DNA from: Eremomyces bilateralis CBS 781.70
Lineage: Eukaryota
Strand: one strand, 5' to 3'
Length of the DNA stretch: 64,000 bases
Assembly: GCA_010015585.1 (NCBI GenBank)
Contig: ML975161.1
Shown: one piece after another, positions 1 to 11,753 of the stretch
Layout: every line of letters begins with the position of its first letter
How positions within the stretch are numbered: the stretch's first letter is position 1
Program-made: the position numbers and the translations under genes
The notes under the pieces: generated by a model
Told to the model about the DNA's origin: nothing
The model's database searches: none
What the model saw: the letters and a program-made list of their open reading frames with translations, nothing else

Positions 1-160
1 AGGTCGATGTCGACTCGAAGGACAATGACGGCCGAACGCCGCTATCGTGGGCTGCCGAGAACGGGTACGAGGCCGTCGTCAAGCTACTGCTCGGGACCGG
101 TCAGGTCGACGTCGACTCGAAGGGAAATGACGGCCGAACGCCGCTATCATGGGTCGCCGT
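1..160 (+). repeat. 102-bp high-identity ankyrin-coding tandem repeat (about 1.5 copies visible)
   Basis: aggtcgatgtcgactcgaag at 1 recurs as aggtcgacgtcgactcgaag at 103. Confidence 0.85.
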
Positions 161-200
161 GGGCCGAGAGCCCAAGACTATGACAATTACACATTTCTGA
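1..200 (+). CDS. 3' end of an ankyrin-repeat protein (probably a NACHT/NB-ARC-ANK fungal NLR); begins outside the window and ends mid-repeat
   Basis: The frame starting at 3 reads VDVDSKDNDGRTPLSWAAENGYEAVVKLLLGTGQVDVDSKGNDGRTPLSWVAVGREPKTMTITHF* with TGA at 198-200. This is a 34-aa ankyrin unit typical of fungal NLRs. Confidence 0.85.
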   Translation, partial: VDVDSKDNDGRTPLSWAAENGYEAVVKLLLGTGQVDVDSKGNDGRTPLSWVAVGREPKTMTITHF

Positions 201-300
201 ACTTTATCTTTTATACCTATCAAGTAAAATATTCATTTCTGTTCTTGCTGTTACTCTAGAGTGAGCGTACAGCGCCCGGCGTCCTGTCAGACGATCCACG

Positions 301-511
301 TGTAACGGGGTAAGGTCACGAGACGGTTGTGGGCGTAGAGTGAGATGGTCACGAGTATGTATACTCTATAGCTCCGGATGGAAAGACTTTGGAGGAAATC
401 TGGCCATTGGGGACGACGGGCGGTGGAGGGACAGACCCGAAAGAAGGCCACCCGCCATTCGTCAACCTGCCGTCGTCGCTTTTACGTACTAATTACCACA
501 GTCTACTTACA
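301..511. mobile_element. possible solo-LTR remnant
   Basis: Begins TGTAACGGG and ends TTACA (5-bp inverted termini) and has two internal GGTCACGAG motifs. No target-site duplication is visible. Confidence 0.3.
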
Positions 512-1557
512 TTTACCATCTGCAGTAGAAGCAAGCAGCCAACACATCTTCAACTTCAATTTGAGCCTCCCTTTCAGTGGGGCATCTTGCTGTAATCTTC
601 GCTTTCATCGCCCATGTGTATAGTGTCTAATATCTCCGCTACGGTTCTGAATTCTCTAATCCATTATCTAGCGCCTTTTAATGGTTGTATTCACAGAGGC
701 CATGAAAAATGGGATGGGGTAGAGCGGGGCTAAGAGAGGAGCGTAGTGAGCTAGTAGTGTCGGTTTTGAAGAGGCTGTGGCGCGCCTGAAATGATTCATG
801 AGGGGAACAACAGCCAGCATCTGTAATACACGATGTTGCAGGATCAGTATTAGCGGCGCTATCTGCGTAAACCGCTCATTAGCTGTCAGTTCCTCGCCAC
901 TGCAATTGTGCTGTCCACTATGGTTCCATTCTGGTCACCCAAGCACTCCGAGTTAGCCTACCATCCCTTGGCTGATCGATATGATTGGTTGGTTCCTGGG
1001 AGTCCTTCGGATTTGGTTGAAGTTTTGGTGACTCTTCACCATCCAACTCTATACCGAAGATTACCCAGCCGCGACATGGAAAAGGGGTTGCGATGGCAAT
1101 GATTCCCAAGGATTCGGATCCGTGTCTACCCTCGCCGCAATCTCTGCGTTGTACGTTTGAGATGCAAGCAGGCGCTTGCTATCCACGCGTGCATTATCTG
1201 TTTCTGGTATACTCTAGGGGACTGTGGTGTAGCAAGAACGTGGCGTCATAGATCGACCTCAAGGGCTATACTATTAGGAGTATGGACATTGGACAGCCAG
1301 CTGGCTCAGTCCACATGCCCCTTCCTCTGGTCCGCGCGCGGGTCTCAGGACTGGGTTGATACCTCAACGTTTCAGTTCCGATTGCTGTGGCCGAATTGAC
1401 GGTATCGACACCGGCAAGCCCCTGAAACTCGAGTGTAGCACATGTGGAGGGCAGCCTTGAGCGACGTTTATATCAGAAGAAGCCAGTCCATGTTTAGGAA
1501 GTTCACTTGACACTGGAACTTACAATACTTCAATACCGGTGTCGTATCCTTGGCACC

Positions 1558-4500
1558 ATGTCTATCCCTAACAGGGAAGAAGCGAATGATCTGATCCGAA
1601 AACTAGCAACTGCGGCCGGATGGATTTCACCTAAACGTCGAGAAGAAGCTCAAAAAGATTTCGCCGATCTTGTGGCAATTAATGACGGGCTTAGACAAAC
1701 TGCCTGTAAATGTGCAGAAGCGTGGGTACATTCCGCTGTTTCGCTGCGTTTTACTGACCCTCGTAGAATCTCTCACAATATGCACTCCAATGCTATCCGG
1801 TTCGTGTACGAGTTAGTCCAGAACGCGGAGGACAGTAGCTACACTACTGCCGCTAAAATTGGGGAGTTTCCTCGTCTCTCACTCGCCGTTTCGGCCAGCA
1901 GAATTCAGATTGAGTCCAATGAGGATGGATTCACTGACAAGGACATTGAAGCAATCTGCGGGATTGGCCAAAGCACTAAGAAAGGGAAGATTGGTTATGT
2001 GGGAGAAAAAGGTATCGGGTTCAAATCAGTCTTTGGAGTTTCCCGCAAGGTCCATATCGAGTCTGGACACCTCTCGTTTTCCTTTGAGTATAACCAGGGG
2101 CTTCCGGATGCTGGGCTTGGAATGATAACTCCTCTCCTTGAACCCCCATCTGGATTGCCACCAGGCGTTCGGACCCGCATAATTCTTTATCTGAATGACG
2201 AGATTGACAAGGACGCGCTTCTTCGCGAGTTTGATGAGCTTCCGGACACTCTGATTCTGTTTCTAAAGAAGCTGAAGCAGCTTTCAATTTCCATTGATAG
2301 GTTGAACGCTCCTGTCAAGAAAACATACAGACTGGTGGCCAAAGAAAACGAGGCCCATATCATCCGAACCATTGGAAAGGAGACCGTTCATCTCAAATTC
2401 CTGTTTGCGAGGAAGAAGATCACCGATATGCCAGGAGAAGTAGCAAGACAAGGTATTACTAGTGCAATGATGCGTTTGGCCTTCCCGGTCAGTCAGGATG
2501 ATATACCAATCGTTGAAGATCAGTATACATTCGCTTTTCTTCCTCTCCAGAAAGAAGGTTTCAAGGTAATATTCCCTATCCTGTGTTGGCGAACATTCTG
2601 CTAACATCTGACCGTGCCAGTTTCTCATCCAATCCGATTTTGTCACACAGGCAAGCCGTGAAAACGCGGTTGATTGTCCTTGGAATCAGCGGCTTCTGGA
2701 TGAAGTTGTCAATGTATTCTTGGACGCAGTTCCCTCTCTCTTCCACAATCGGGGCCCCCTAAAGTATTCCTGGGTTCGCTATCTTGGCTCGAAAGGAGTG
2801 TCCGGCAAGTTTTGGGCCCGGCTTCAGAGCCAACTCTTCATCAGGTTTACGAATCGCCCTTGTTTCATTCCGTTGGGGGACAACGGTACCAGATTTGCTA
2901 GCTCCTTGAGGCTAGTACCGGCGGCTTTGAAGGACCTTTCAAATCAGCCTCTGTTATCCGAGTGCAACTGCTCTCCAGCTCACGTCGCGAGCCGCTATGT
3001 CTCTACAGGTTATGATTACGTTCTTGATATCCCGATTCTTCGAAGGCTCGGCCTCGAAACATTATCCCTCCGCGAGTTCGTTGCTCTCTTGCGTTGTGAC
3101 TTGGCATCCAAATGCAATTCCCGTCTGCGCACGACGCCAGCGGAATCACAATGGCATAAACTTCTCTCGAGGTCCTTGCTTAAAGCTATAGATACCTCAC
3201 AGGAACTTAAAAGCGTCCTAAAAGAACTCCCATTGCTACCGACTCTCAGTAGCGAGCGATGGGTTTCACCATCCAAAGGAGCGATATATTTTCCCGATTG
3301 TGGTGGCATCGATGTTCCACGGGATCTTCCATTGACTTTGATTAGCCCGCAGACTGTTATCGATGGCGAAAGGCGAAAGCTGTTCCGATGTCTAGGAGTA
3401 TTGGAATGCTGTCCTGCGGATATTTTCCCACTCCTCGAAGAGGCTTGTAAGAAGGTCCGCTGGACTCTTGACAATGCCGTCGACCACCTCAAGTTCATGT
3501 TTTGGCACCACAGAGACCTGCCGCTTTATGAAAAAAAGAAAACGAAGAAAATCGAGGTACTTGTGATGAGTACAGATTTGGCTAAGTCTGGCCTTGATCC
3601 CTTGACTGGATGGTGGTATAGCCCGAGCATCGAGGACCCATGCAGTGCGGCGAATGTCATCCGTCATCCTCTCCCGGAAAATTTGACTAGATATGTGCGC
3701 TTTTTACATCCCCGATACTATGAAGTATTTGGAGCTTGCGGACGGAGACATGAGAAGACAGGAGTCGAATGGTTGGAAGGATTTCTTCATGTCAAGTCGA
3801 TACCGCAGCCCAGGGCCCGAGGTCTTGAATCGATGTCTGAGGAGTTCAAATACCTAGCAAACGCGCATCCAAGCCTTCTCCGGGTGCTAGAGCGGCATCA
3901 AGCCGATGTTGCCCATGACGATGCTTGGAAAGCAGAGTTCATGAAGATCGCTCGAATTCCGATACCCTATTCGGATGACCTCCCACCTTTGACCTCAACA
4001 TATCTGCCTCTTCCTGGGTTAAAAGCCATTGTTGAAAGACTCGGACTGCAGAGCCGTTTCAGATTCATTAAAGAGCTTGATGGAAAGGAGGATGAGGACC
4101 TGGACCAATGGCGTTTCTTGTCTAATTTCGGTGTGCAACACCAAGAAGATTTTTACTTCTGGTTATTGTTATTGAGGAAAGCTCGCGAAAAGAAGAACCC
4201 GGGATACCTTGCAATGGCGGAGATATACTCTCGCCTGCAATATTTCGGCTGTGGAGAGAATTGTCGACTCAGCCTTCAGTTAGTACCCAAACACTCTTCC
4301 GAATACGGGCCATGGACTAACTATTATAGAGTAATCTTTGGCACTCGAGGCGAGGTCTTGGATTTGTCAGACAAGGTGAAAGAGACTCTCAGGGATTTAT
4401 CAGACCGGGATTATATCTTCGTCCGTGAGGGAAAATGGGCCCTCCCAAGTGCCTGCAGATGGACGACTCCAACTTGGTACCGGAATCGACACAACCTCTC

Positions 4501-6872
4501 CCAACTCCCAGGATATGCCTCCCTCAGGACGTTGTTCGTAGACTATCTTCAAGTTCAGACTGAGCCAGATATCAATGATATCCTGAGTTATATTCGCGCC
4601 CTGAAAAGCCGCGGTAGTCTGGAAAGAATCACTCAAATCCTCAAACTTCTATACGACCGGCTCCATCTGCTTAACCGAGAAGGGGACTTTACGGATACCA
4701 TTAGGTGGGCAAATTGTGCTTCCAGTACCCACGAAAGTCAGCATTAATCCATTTAGATCCCATTTTAAATCCGAGAAACTTGTCTACAACTTCCAAAACC
4801 AAGCATGGTATAGTCCATCGTCCTGCATCTGGGCTATCGGCACCATGCGTCTCCCTGAGAAGTTTTCTGTTGCCACAGAGTACTCAAATCAAGAATTTTT
4901 TTTCCGGATAGTTCTTGACGTTGAAGAACCTAATCTCGCGCTGTACATTGAAGCCTTGAAGTGGGATGCAGCTGGAGCACCGAATCGCGATTCGATGAAG
5001 CAGCTTATGCGGAACGTCTCTCAATTCAGTCCTACCAGTAGCGATTTGGCATCTCTCATTGATAGCAAATGCTTTCCCGTTCGTTATTCGCACGGAGCGC
5101 TGGCTTGGGTAAGTTCTAGAACGGACTTCGCCATCATTGATCGAGAAGAATACGAAACACTCTTCCGGAGACACCTTACAACTTTGGATTTTTCAAAAGA
5201 AGAAGTTCACGAACTGGAGGCCTTTCTCGTCGGCTTCGGTCTTCGAGTGCGATACCTCTCCACTACCGTCACAACTCAGACAACGGCTTCCAGAGGTTCG
5301 TTCGATCCCACAATGACCATAAGGCTGAGTCACAGGGCATACGCTATCTGTCGGTAAGTGATCATTATCGAGGTCGAGTTGCATATCCCCTCTTGTCTCA
5401 GTTTATATTAGCCCCCAACGCGGTGGATTGAGGTGTTTGAAGACTTGTGGCGCAGTTCTAGTGAACTGTTTAGACTGATGAGACTAGGTATGCTGCGCAT
5501 GCACGGTGCGCTGCAGTTCACAACAACCCAGCCGCATGCTTTGAGAAGCTTCGGAATATATCCGTGCTGACTAGTGAGCACTTCTCAAAGACACTCACTA
5601 CATACCAGGGTGATAATCCAATCACCGTCGATTCTGACAAGGCCTTTTGCCACTTGGAAGATGGAGATGAAAAGGATGCGAGAGCTAAAAACGACTGGGG
5701 AACTGGCTTTCGACAATCAATCGGTCTGAGAGTATACATCCCAAGCGATCCTCAGCTTCGGGCACGATGCCTTTTGACTCACCTCCCTCAAGCTATCTTA
5801 GGCCACTTCAAGGCACCGAATAGCGCGATTGGAGAATTTGGCAGCATAATCTCCGCTCTTACACTTGCAGATGTTGACGAAATTCTAGACTTCGCCGGAG
5901 TCATTTCACTCCCAGGAGTGAACCGGCCTGACGATATTGATTTAGATATCTCCCAATCAGATAACAACGACGTTCCGATGTCCCAGTTGCCCGAACATGC
6001 CGAATTCCTGAAGCCAGTTGCGTCCATTCGACCCGACTTCATCTCGACTAACCTAGGCAGCGGACGCTTAGCATCTCAAAGCAATCCTGGAAGCCTCCAA
6101 AATCCGACTTTGACCCCTCCGGCGTCAATCTCCAGTCCACCGGCTGCCGAACAAGATTCTCTCCACTACGCGAGTCTTCTTGGTGTAATCGTCGACCTCG
6201 CTCGTACCAAGTCGGAATTTCCACGTGTTGGCAACTGTTTGACTGTATCGGATGGGCATTATCTCTCCAAACCGGAGGTAGATGAGGCCGTGAGTGGTAC
6301 TCAGAGAGATTCCAAAGTTGGAGCGGCTGGAGAACTATTTGTAAGTCCATCGATAGCTTTACAAGCATTGCTAATTCCAGTAGGTGTATGAGTGGCTGAT
6401 GAGTTTTCCGTTGCTGGGATGTGATCTTGATGATTGGCAGTCAAAAATTCGAGATCTCGTTCAGCCACATGGCGATTACACAGCCATCAAGAAATGGAAA
6501 CACCTCGAAACCTCGGACATAGTCTACGAAGACCACACTGGGAGCCTTACCTTCTGTTTGATCAAATCTGGCTATCTTCGATCTGATGTATGGTCTGACA
6601 AGCGGCCAAGGTACCACATCGAAGTGAAGGCGACGACAAGCAGTCTCACCACACCTCTTTTCGTTAGCCGCAATCAGTACAAACTCATGGCAGACTGCGT
6701 ACTTCCAGAAAACTCAGCGTCTAGGAAAGTATACGTCCTCGCCCGAGTGTTCAACCTTGGCCAGTTGGACATGGGGATGAAGTTGTATGTTGATCCGACT
6801 CGGCTGGAGCGAGAAGGAAAACTGCGATTCAGGGTACATAAATATGAGATGACAGAAACATCCGGAACTTGA
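1558..6872 (+). CDS. NO VEIN (NOV)/sacsin-like protein: N-terminal GHKL (HATPase_c) domain plus C-terminal DUF3883/NOV_C-like restriction-endonuclease-fold domain, about 1,644 aa
   Basis: GHKL motifs FVYELVQNAEDS, NEDGF..DIEAICGIGQSTK and VGEKGIGFKSVF; NOV-type FLIQSDFVTQASRE..PWNQRLL; C-terminal VGAAGELF|VYEWL..SDIVY..YHIEVKATT..FVSRNQY. Six GT-AG introns (1722-1766, 2566-2620, 4279-4329, 4705-4756, 5354-5487, 6341-6383) join the ORF pieces in frame with no stop. Confidence 0.85.
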
Positions 6873-7139
6873 AGGGTTCTGTATAGTCTAGTTTAGTCTT
6901 TGAGTCTTTTCAGCATCGATAGATGGCCAACATATTTCTCATCAATGTCGGATCGGCCGGAGCGTAAACCAGTTTGTTTCGGGTAACGGCACCATTGTAC
7001 TTGCAATGATGATCTAATAGTTACGTTCTACCCGTGTCTAACAGCATCTCCAATTCCATATTCGCAGATCTTTGCGCAGGGGATTGCGTACTTCGTTTCA
7101 GAACTGCAACGACCCGACTCTCTTAGGGAATTGGCTCCA

Positions 7140-7403
7140 TGGAGTACGTACATCTAGGCGTTTGGAGACAGTGTCTTGGATTTGTGCATGTTGAAGAGAA
7201 CAGATCGAGCAATCGTCGTGGTAGCCGATGAGCATATCAGGAGCAAGACTATGGACGCGGCCTTATTATACACCATTGACATAGATGGCCTTCAAGTGCT
7301 ACAAGTGGGACTCCACTACCATGTACCATCGCGGCTCAACCCCACGAAACTTCCAGTGATCCACCTCACAGAAAGTGAGTTTTGTAGAAGTATGAATACG
7401 TGA
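7140..7403 (+). pseudogene. relic of a HAD-superfamily domain gene (resembles fungal HAD/uracil-phosphoribosyltransferase fusion proteins)
   Basis: Reads YI*AFGDSVLDLCMLKRTDRAIVVVADEHIRSKTMDAALL..PSRLNPTKLPVIHLTESEF. GDSxxD is HAD motif IV. In-frame TAG at 7155-7157 where W is expected. No start or flanking domains are visible. Confidence 0.55.
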
Positions 7404-7862
7404 TTGATTGATCTATCTAGGAATATGGGAGATCCGGAGGAATAGGAGGTGACTTATACGAGAAGTACTGAGACATTTCCACACTGTATTATTGCCGGAG
7501 GCATTAAGGCCAACGGCCCCTGTGACGCTGCTGACTGACAGAGTGATGCATAAATATCACAACATGGATAATGGTTTCCTTTTCTTTTCTTCTTCTATAA
7601 CTTTGGTTTGCCGTAGATAGGAAATCGAACTCAACTTCTTTCCAGAACGTGTCAGTTACCGAGTTTCTCCGACACCTTTGATGGCAACGCCAAACATAGC
7701 TTTGATTCCATTATTCAATGTCGCCTTGCGGTACGAGCTGATTTCAAAGTCTCTGCATTAATAACGAAGTATTACTCATTAGCTGTCGCCACTTGTGCTA
7801 TACATCAGCATATAAAGACACTATCTGCAACGGCAGTGGGCGGGGAGGAGGCTAGGAAAGGT

Positions 7863-10401
7863 TCAGAAAGCGAATATCATGATTGTAACTCTTCCAGTTC
7901 CGCAGCCGAGAGCAACAACGCTTCCATAGACTGCAACTTTGGCTAATCTATATTCAGGAGGAAGCCAAAGAATACGCTCGGTATCGTGACAAACCCATTC
8001 GTCGTTGACAAAGATAAGTGGTGGAACTTGTGGTTGAAATACAGGTCCATCGTCAGAGAGAGATAATGAAATAGGAATTGGCCCTCGGTTTGTTCGGAGA
8101 GAGGTGTTATCGTCGGAGAAAGAGAGAGTCTCGACAATATCGCCAACACCCAGAGACTTCAGCACCGCCCCTGACGCTGCGTCCCACAGCTTGACCGTCT
8201 TGTCGCGCGAGCCCGACGCCAGCGTCTTGCCGTCCGGCGAGAAGGCCACGGCCGCGACCAAGTCCAAATGGCCCTCAAGCGTCTGCCGCACCATACCTGA
8301 CGCAACGTCCCACAGTCTGACCGTCTTGTCGTGCGAGCCCGACGCCAGCGTATTGCCGCCCGGAGAGAAGGCCATGGCCGTGACCCCGTCCGAATGGCCC
8401 TCGAGCGTCTGCAGCACCGCATCCCATTTCTCTTCGACCTGTGGTAACCTTCGTATCCATCTAGGTATGCAATTTACGAATTGCTTTCTTATTATACTCA
8501 TTGTCGGTGCGAATACGAGGGCCCTACAGTATGTCCGAGGGGGAGCTAACCCGATAGTGTATTGATTGTAGACCACGAACCACTTCGCCTCATAGATGAT
8601 ATCCGAGAGGTTAGGGCAGTCACTTAACTAGTCGAATGCTTAGCGAGAACATATACTATGCTGGAGGTATACTAACGGAAGCAAACGACTCTAAAGACCC
8701 GATGGCATAAACTCCTTCCGATGCTTGCCCCATCCATCCGAGAGCTTCGAGCCAGTGAAGGAAATGCTCTTGTAGGAAACAGTGTACTTAGTCACCATCT
8801 TGAAGCTGGGCCTCGCTCCTCTGGAGGTGCTGGATCCAAAATAGACATGCATACCGAACACCAGGAGGGAGGCGCTGCTCTGCGAGACTGGTTTCAATAT
8901 CAGTCACCAATGCTCCTGGTCGGCCCACACCAAGAACATCTTGCTTAAGAGCACCAGATATGAGCTTGGTGCATCTTGTGGCGAATGATTGATGCGCTTG
9001 CCTCTCATCGATCCAGAAACTTGGATCTCCGCATCTCCTTTCATCGAGAAGGAAGTCTCGGAATGAAGGATGATGTAGACGCAATGGGCGGATTGGCTCG
9101 TTGGGAATGTCCAAAATGGCGTGCAGAACGTCTAGTGTCCGAACCACTTCATCTTGCGGGGTGCTGAGTAGCTTGCTCAAGGACTGGATAGAAAGGGGAG
9201 AGAGTAGTCACAATGCTTCCAAGCAAGGTTTTCAGCATCGACCGTAGCTTCTTGGCCTCTTCATCTGAATACTCTGAAGAAATGCAGTTGCGAAGAACAC
9301 TGCCATAGATTTCGTTGAGGACCTTCTCTGGGCCGCTGATCGCACTGCTGCTATGCTCCAGGATTATATTCAGTCTCTTTCCTGCAAACAATTTTCCTTC
9401 GCTGATAAAGCGACATGCAGTTGCCGCCCAGATGAATAGCCCATTTGCACTGTCAACGAGTTGCTTCACGATCTGCTCGCCAGGCCAACCAGCACCGAGA
9501 TAGTGCCTACGAGCAATGCGTTCGAGCTCGTGCCGTAAGAAAGTGCGGATATCATGACCGACAATCGACAACGATATTTTACGGAATATAAAATCCTGAT
9601 ACACAACATCTGGGATTTGAACGAAGCCATTTCGTATCGGAACCTCAGATCGGCTCGTCAGGAAGACTCGTAGTCGAACGGTCTTCAACGATCGAGCTTC
9701 GGCCAAGAGATGCAGGATGATCCGGATATCGTTATCATTGTCGCACTCATCGAGCGCATCAACGACAAGGACGTATGCGGATTGGCCATTGTTTTCGTCC
9801 AGCTTCGACAGCGGGCGTAGGACGAGTTGCTGCCACTAGTCACGAAGAGACTGGCTTATAATATCGCGGCGTTCTGTAAGAGCGTCGCATATATGTTGGC
9901 CAAGAGACGGCATACTGCTCGCTAGCTGCCATGCAATGCTTGTAACGAACTTGCCTACATGGCCAATATCTCCACCGCCGCGTGAGAAGTAGAAGATGGC
10001 ACTTAGGTGATTCTGGTCAGAGTAGGTACGGGCGGCAGTGCGAGCAATCGTCGACTTCCCCGTGCCGGCCAAGCCAGTAACCCAGAAGATGTGGCGCTCG
10101 TCTTGACCATCAGCCCAGTTATAGATCTCTTGAAGGAGGTCGACGGGGGTATCGGGAAGGCAGGTCGGGTCATGTTGTCGCTGGTATGCGTTGAACGGCG
10201 CGGCTGTAGCGGTAGGGAGTGAGTTAAGCATATCGTTCAGATCTGAGGTACTGGTCACTTTCCTGCTGCTTCGGGCCCATAGCCCGCAGAATGAGACTCA
10301 CTTTTGCTTTCGCCAATGGACACATCCCCAAATTGGCCAGCTAAAAGGATCAATTGGTTCCCAGGCAAATTGCTGATGGACTGGCCGCTGCGGTTTGACA
10401 T
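7863..10401 (-). pseudogene. NACHT + WD40 NLR (HET-E/NWD-like), disrupted
   Basis: Walker A GLAGTGKST, Walker B VVDALDEC, FLTSR, ANGLFIWAATAC, HPSFRDFL, HFLHWLEAL and C-terminal WD40 repeats (LEGHSDGVTAMAFSPGGNTLASGSHDKTVRLWD). In-frame stops at 9836-9838 (TAG) and 8788-8790 (TAA) and a frameshift near 9190. ATG at 10401, intron 10301-10243 and another near 8676-8628. Confidence 0.9.
8165..8420 (-). repeat. 126-bp high-identity WD40-coding tandem repeat, 2 copies
   Basis: gtcccacag..tgaccgtcttgtcg..cgagcccgacgccagcgt recurs with a 126-bp period. The segment is GC-rich relative to its flanks. Confidence 0.85.
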
Positions 10402-11753
10402 CACTTTGACTTCAGGTGCTAGTGCCGCTGTCCTATTGAGATACCCTAAATGGGTCTGAGGGTCTACAATATTACATTCGGAAACAGACTATGTATCATT
10501 CTCAAGTCGAAGTAGTTATAGTCTATAAGCAAATGCCTTGCTAGGCTCGATATAGTGGCATCGTCAAGACACGCGCGATGATTTGTTGCCACCCCTCAGT
10601 TGCAGTGCAGCCCTCTAGCCCTCGAACGCAGCTCGTTGTGTTCTTCGAATGAAGTACATGTACATGCCTTGCCAGAGTGACATTTCCAATGTGCTGCTGG
10701 AAACTCACCCCAAGCAATTGGGTATTAAGGCAATAGCAACCGTGATCGAAACCTCATTTGTGCTATTTGTAACGAGTCGAACTGCACGTCTTTGGGATGG
10801 ATATTTGAGGAGGAGAGATTAGTGACTTTATGGCCTGACGATTGGTAAAGTTGGTTAGTAGTGGCAGTTTCAAGGGCCGACCAACGGTGGATGGATGGTT
10901 GAATCTTGGATGACGTTACAGAAATGGTATAGGAAATACGGTAGATTCTGGTACACGAAGTTGAAAATCCCTTGAGGATTCCGATAAACCGTTGATCCAC
11001 TGTTAGGTACCAACCCATTGAGTGAGTTCTATGAAAGTCTCATTTTATTAGTAAGCCCATTCCACCATCTGTGTCGCCATCATCAAGCGCAGTTTAGAGA
11101 TTTCTGTAATTCTCTCTGTAATTATCGTAGAAAAATCTCCTTGCCATAGCTGCAGGAAATGTCTACTGGGCAGCAGAACTCAGTCTCAGGGGCGAAGGCT
11201 CCTTATATATCATCGTCTTGATTCTGAAGATGAGACTCCTTCTCGTCGGGAAGTGTCACTTCTCCACGTATAAGTTTACCCAAATTTATTCATCGTTGTT
11301 TTCAATGCCGGGGTCCTGGCAAGCAGCTTGGGCATTACCTAGTATATAGGAATTTGAGGCTACTGATTACATACATCATTCTGGATAGGAGAATAATGCT
11401 TTTCCGCTCTCCATGCTTTTGGGTTCACATTGAACCAACCAATCAGTGAGTAGTCCATATCCATATGGTACTGGTAGTTCCGCTATGCTTCAATGCTGTC
11501 CTTCAAGTGCTCTAGGATTATATATCATCAAAAGCTGGAAACAATCGCATAACTTAAAACAGCGGCATTGGATAGCTAGCGGAATATCTGTATCAGGAAA
11601 CCGAATAGGTACCTATCATGCTAATTATGGAAGCACAAAAATCGAGTCGAATACAGATATGGTACGCTAGCGATGACATCATGTTCCTCCATCGTCCAAT
11701 AATCTCCGATATCCGGAGTCGACCTCGTGTTCGATATCCCGCCAACCTAGAAA

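Noticed and set aside
10600..11650. possible RIP-degraded ORF on the minus strand
   Set aside because: Stop-interrupted stretches look coding-like, but no family motif is recognisable, so it is not called as a feature.
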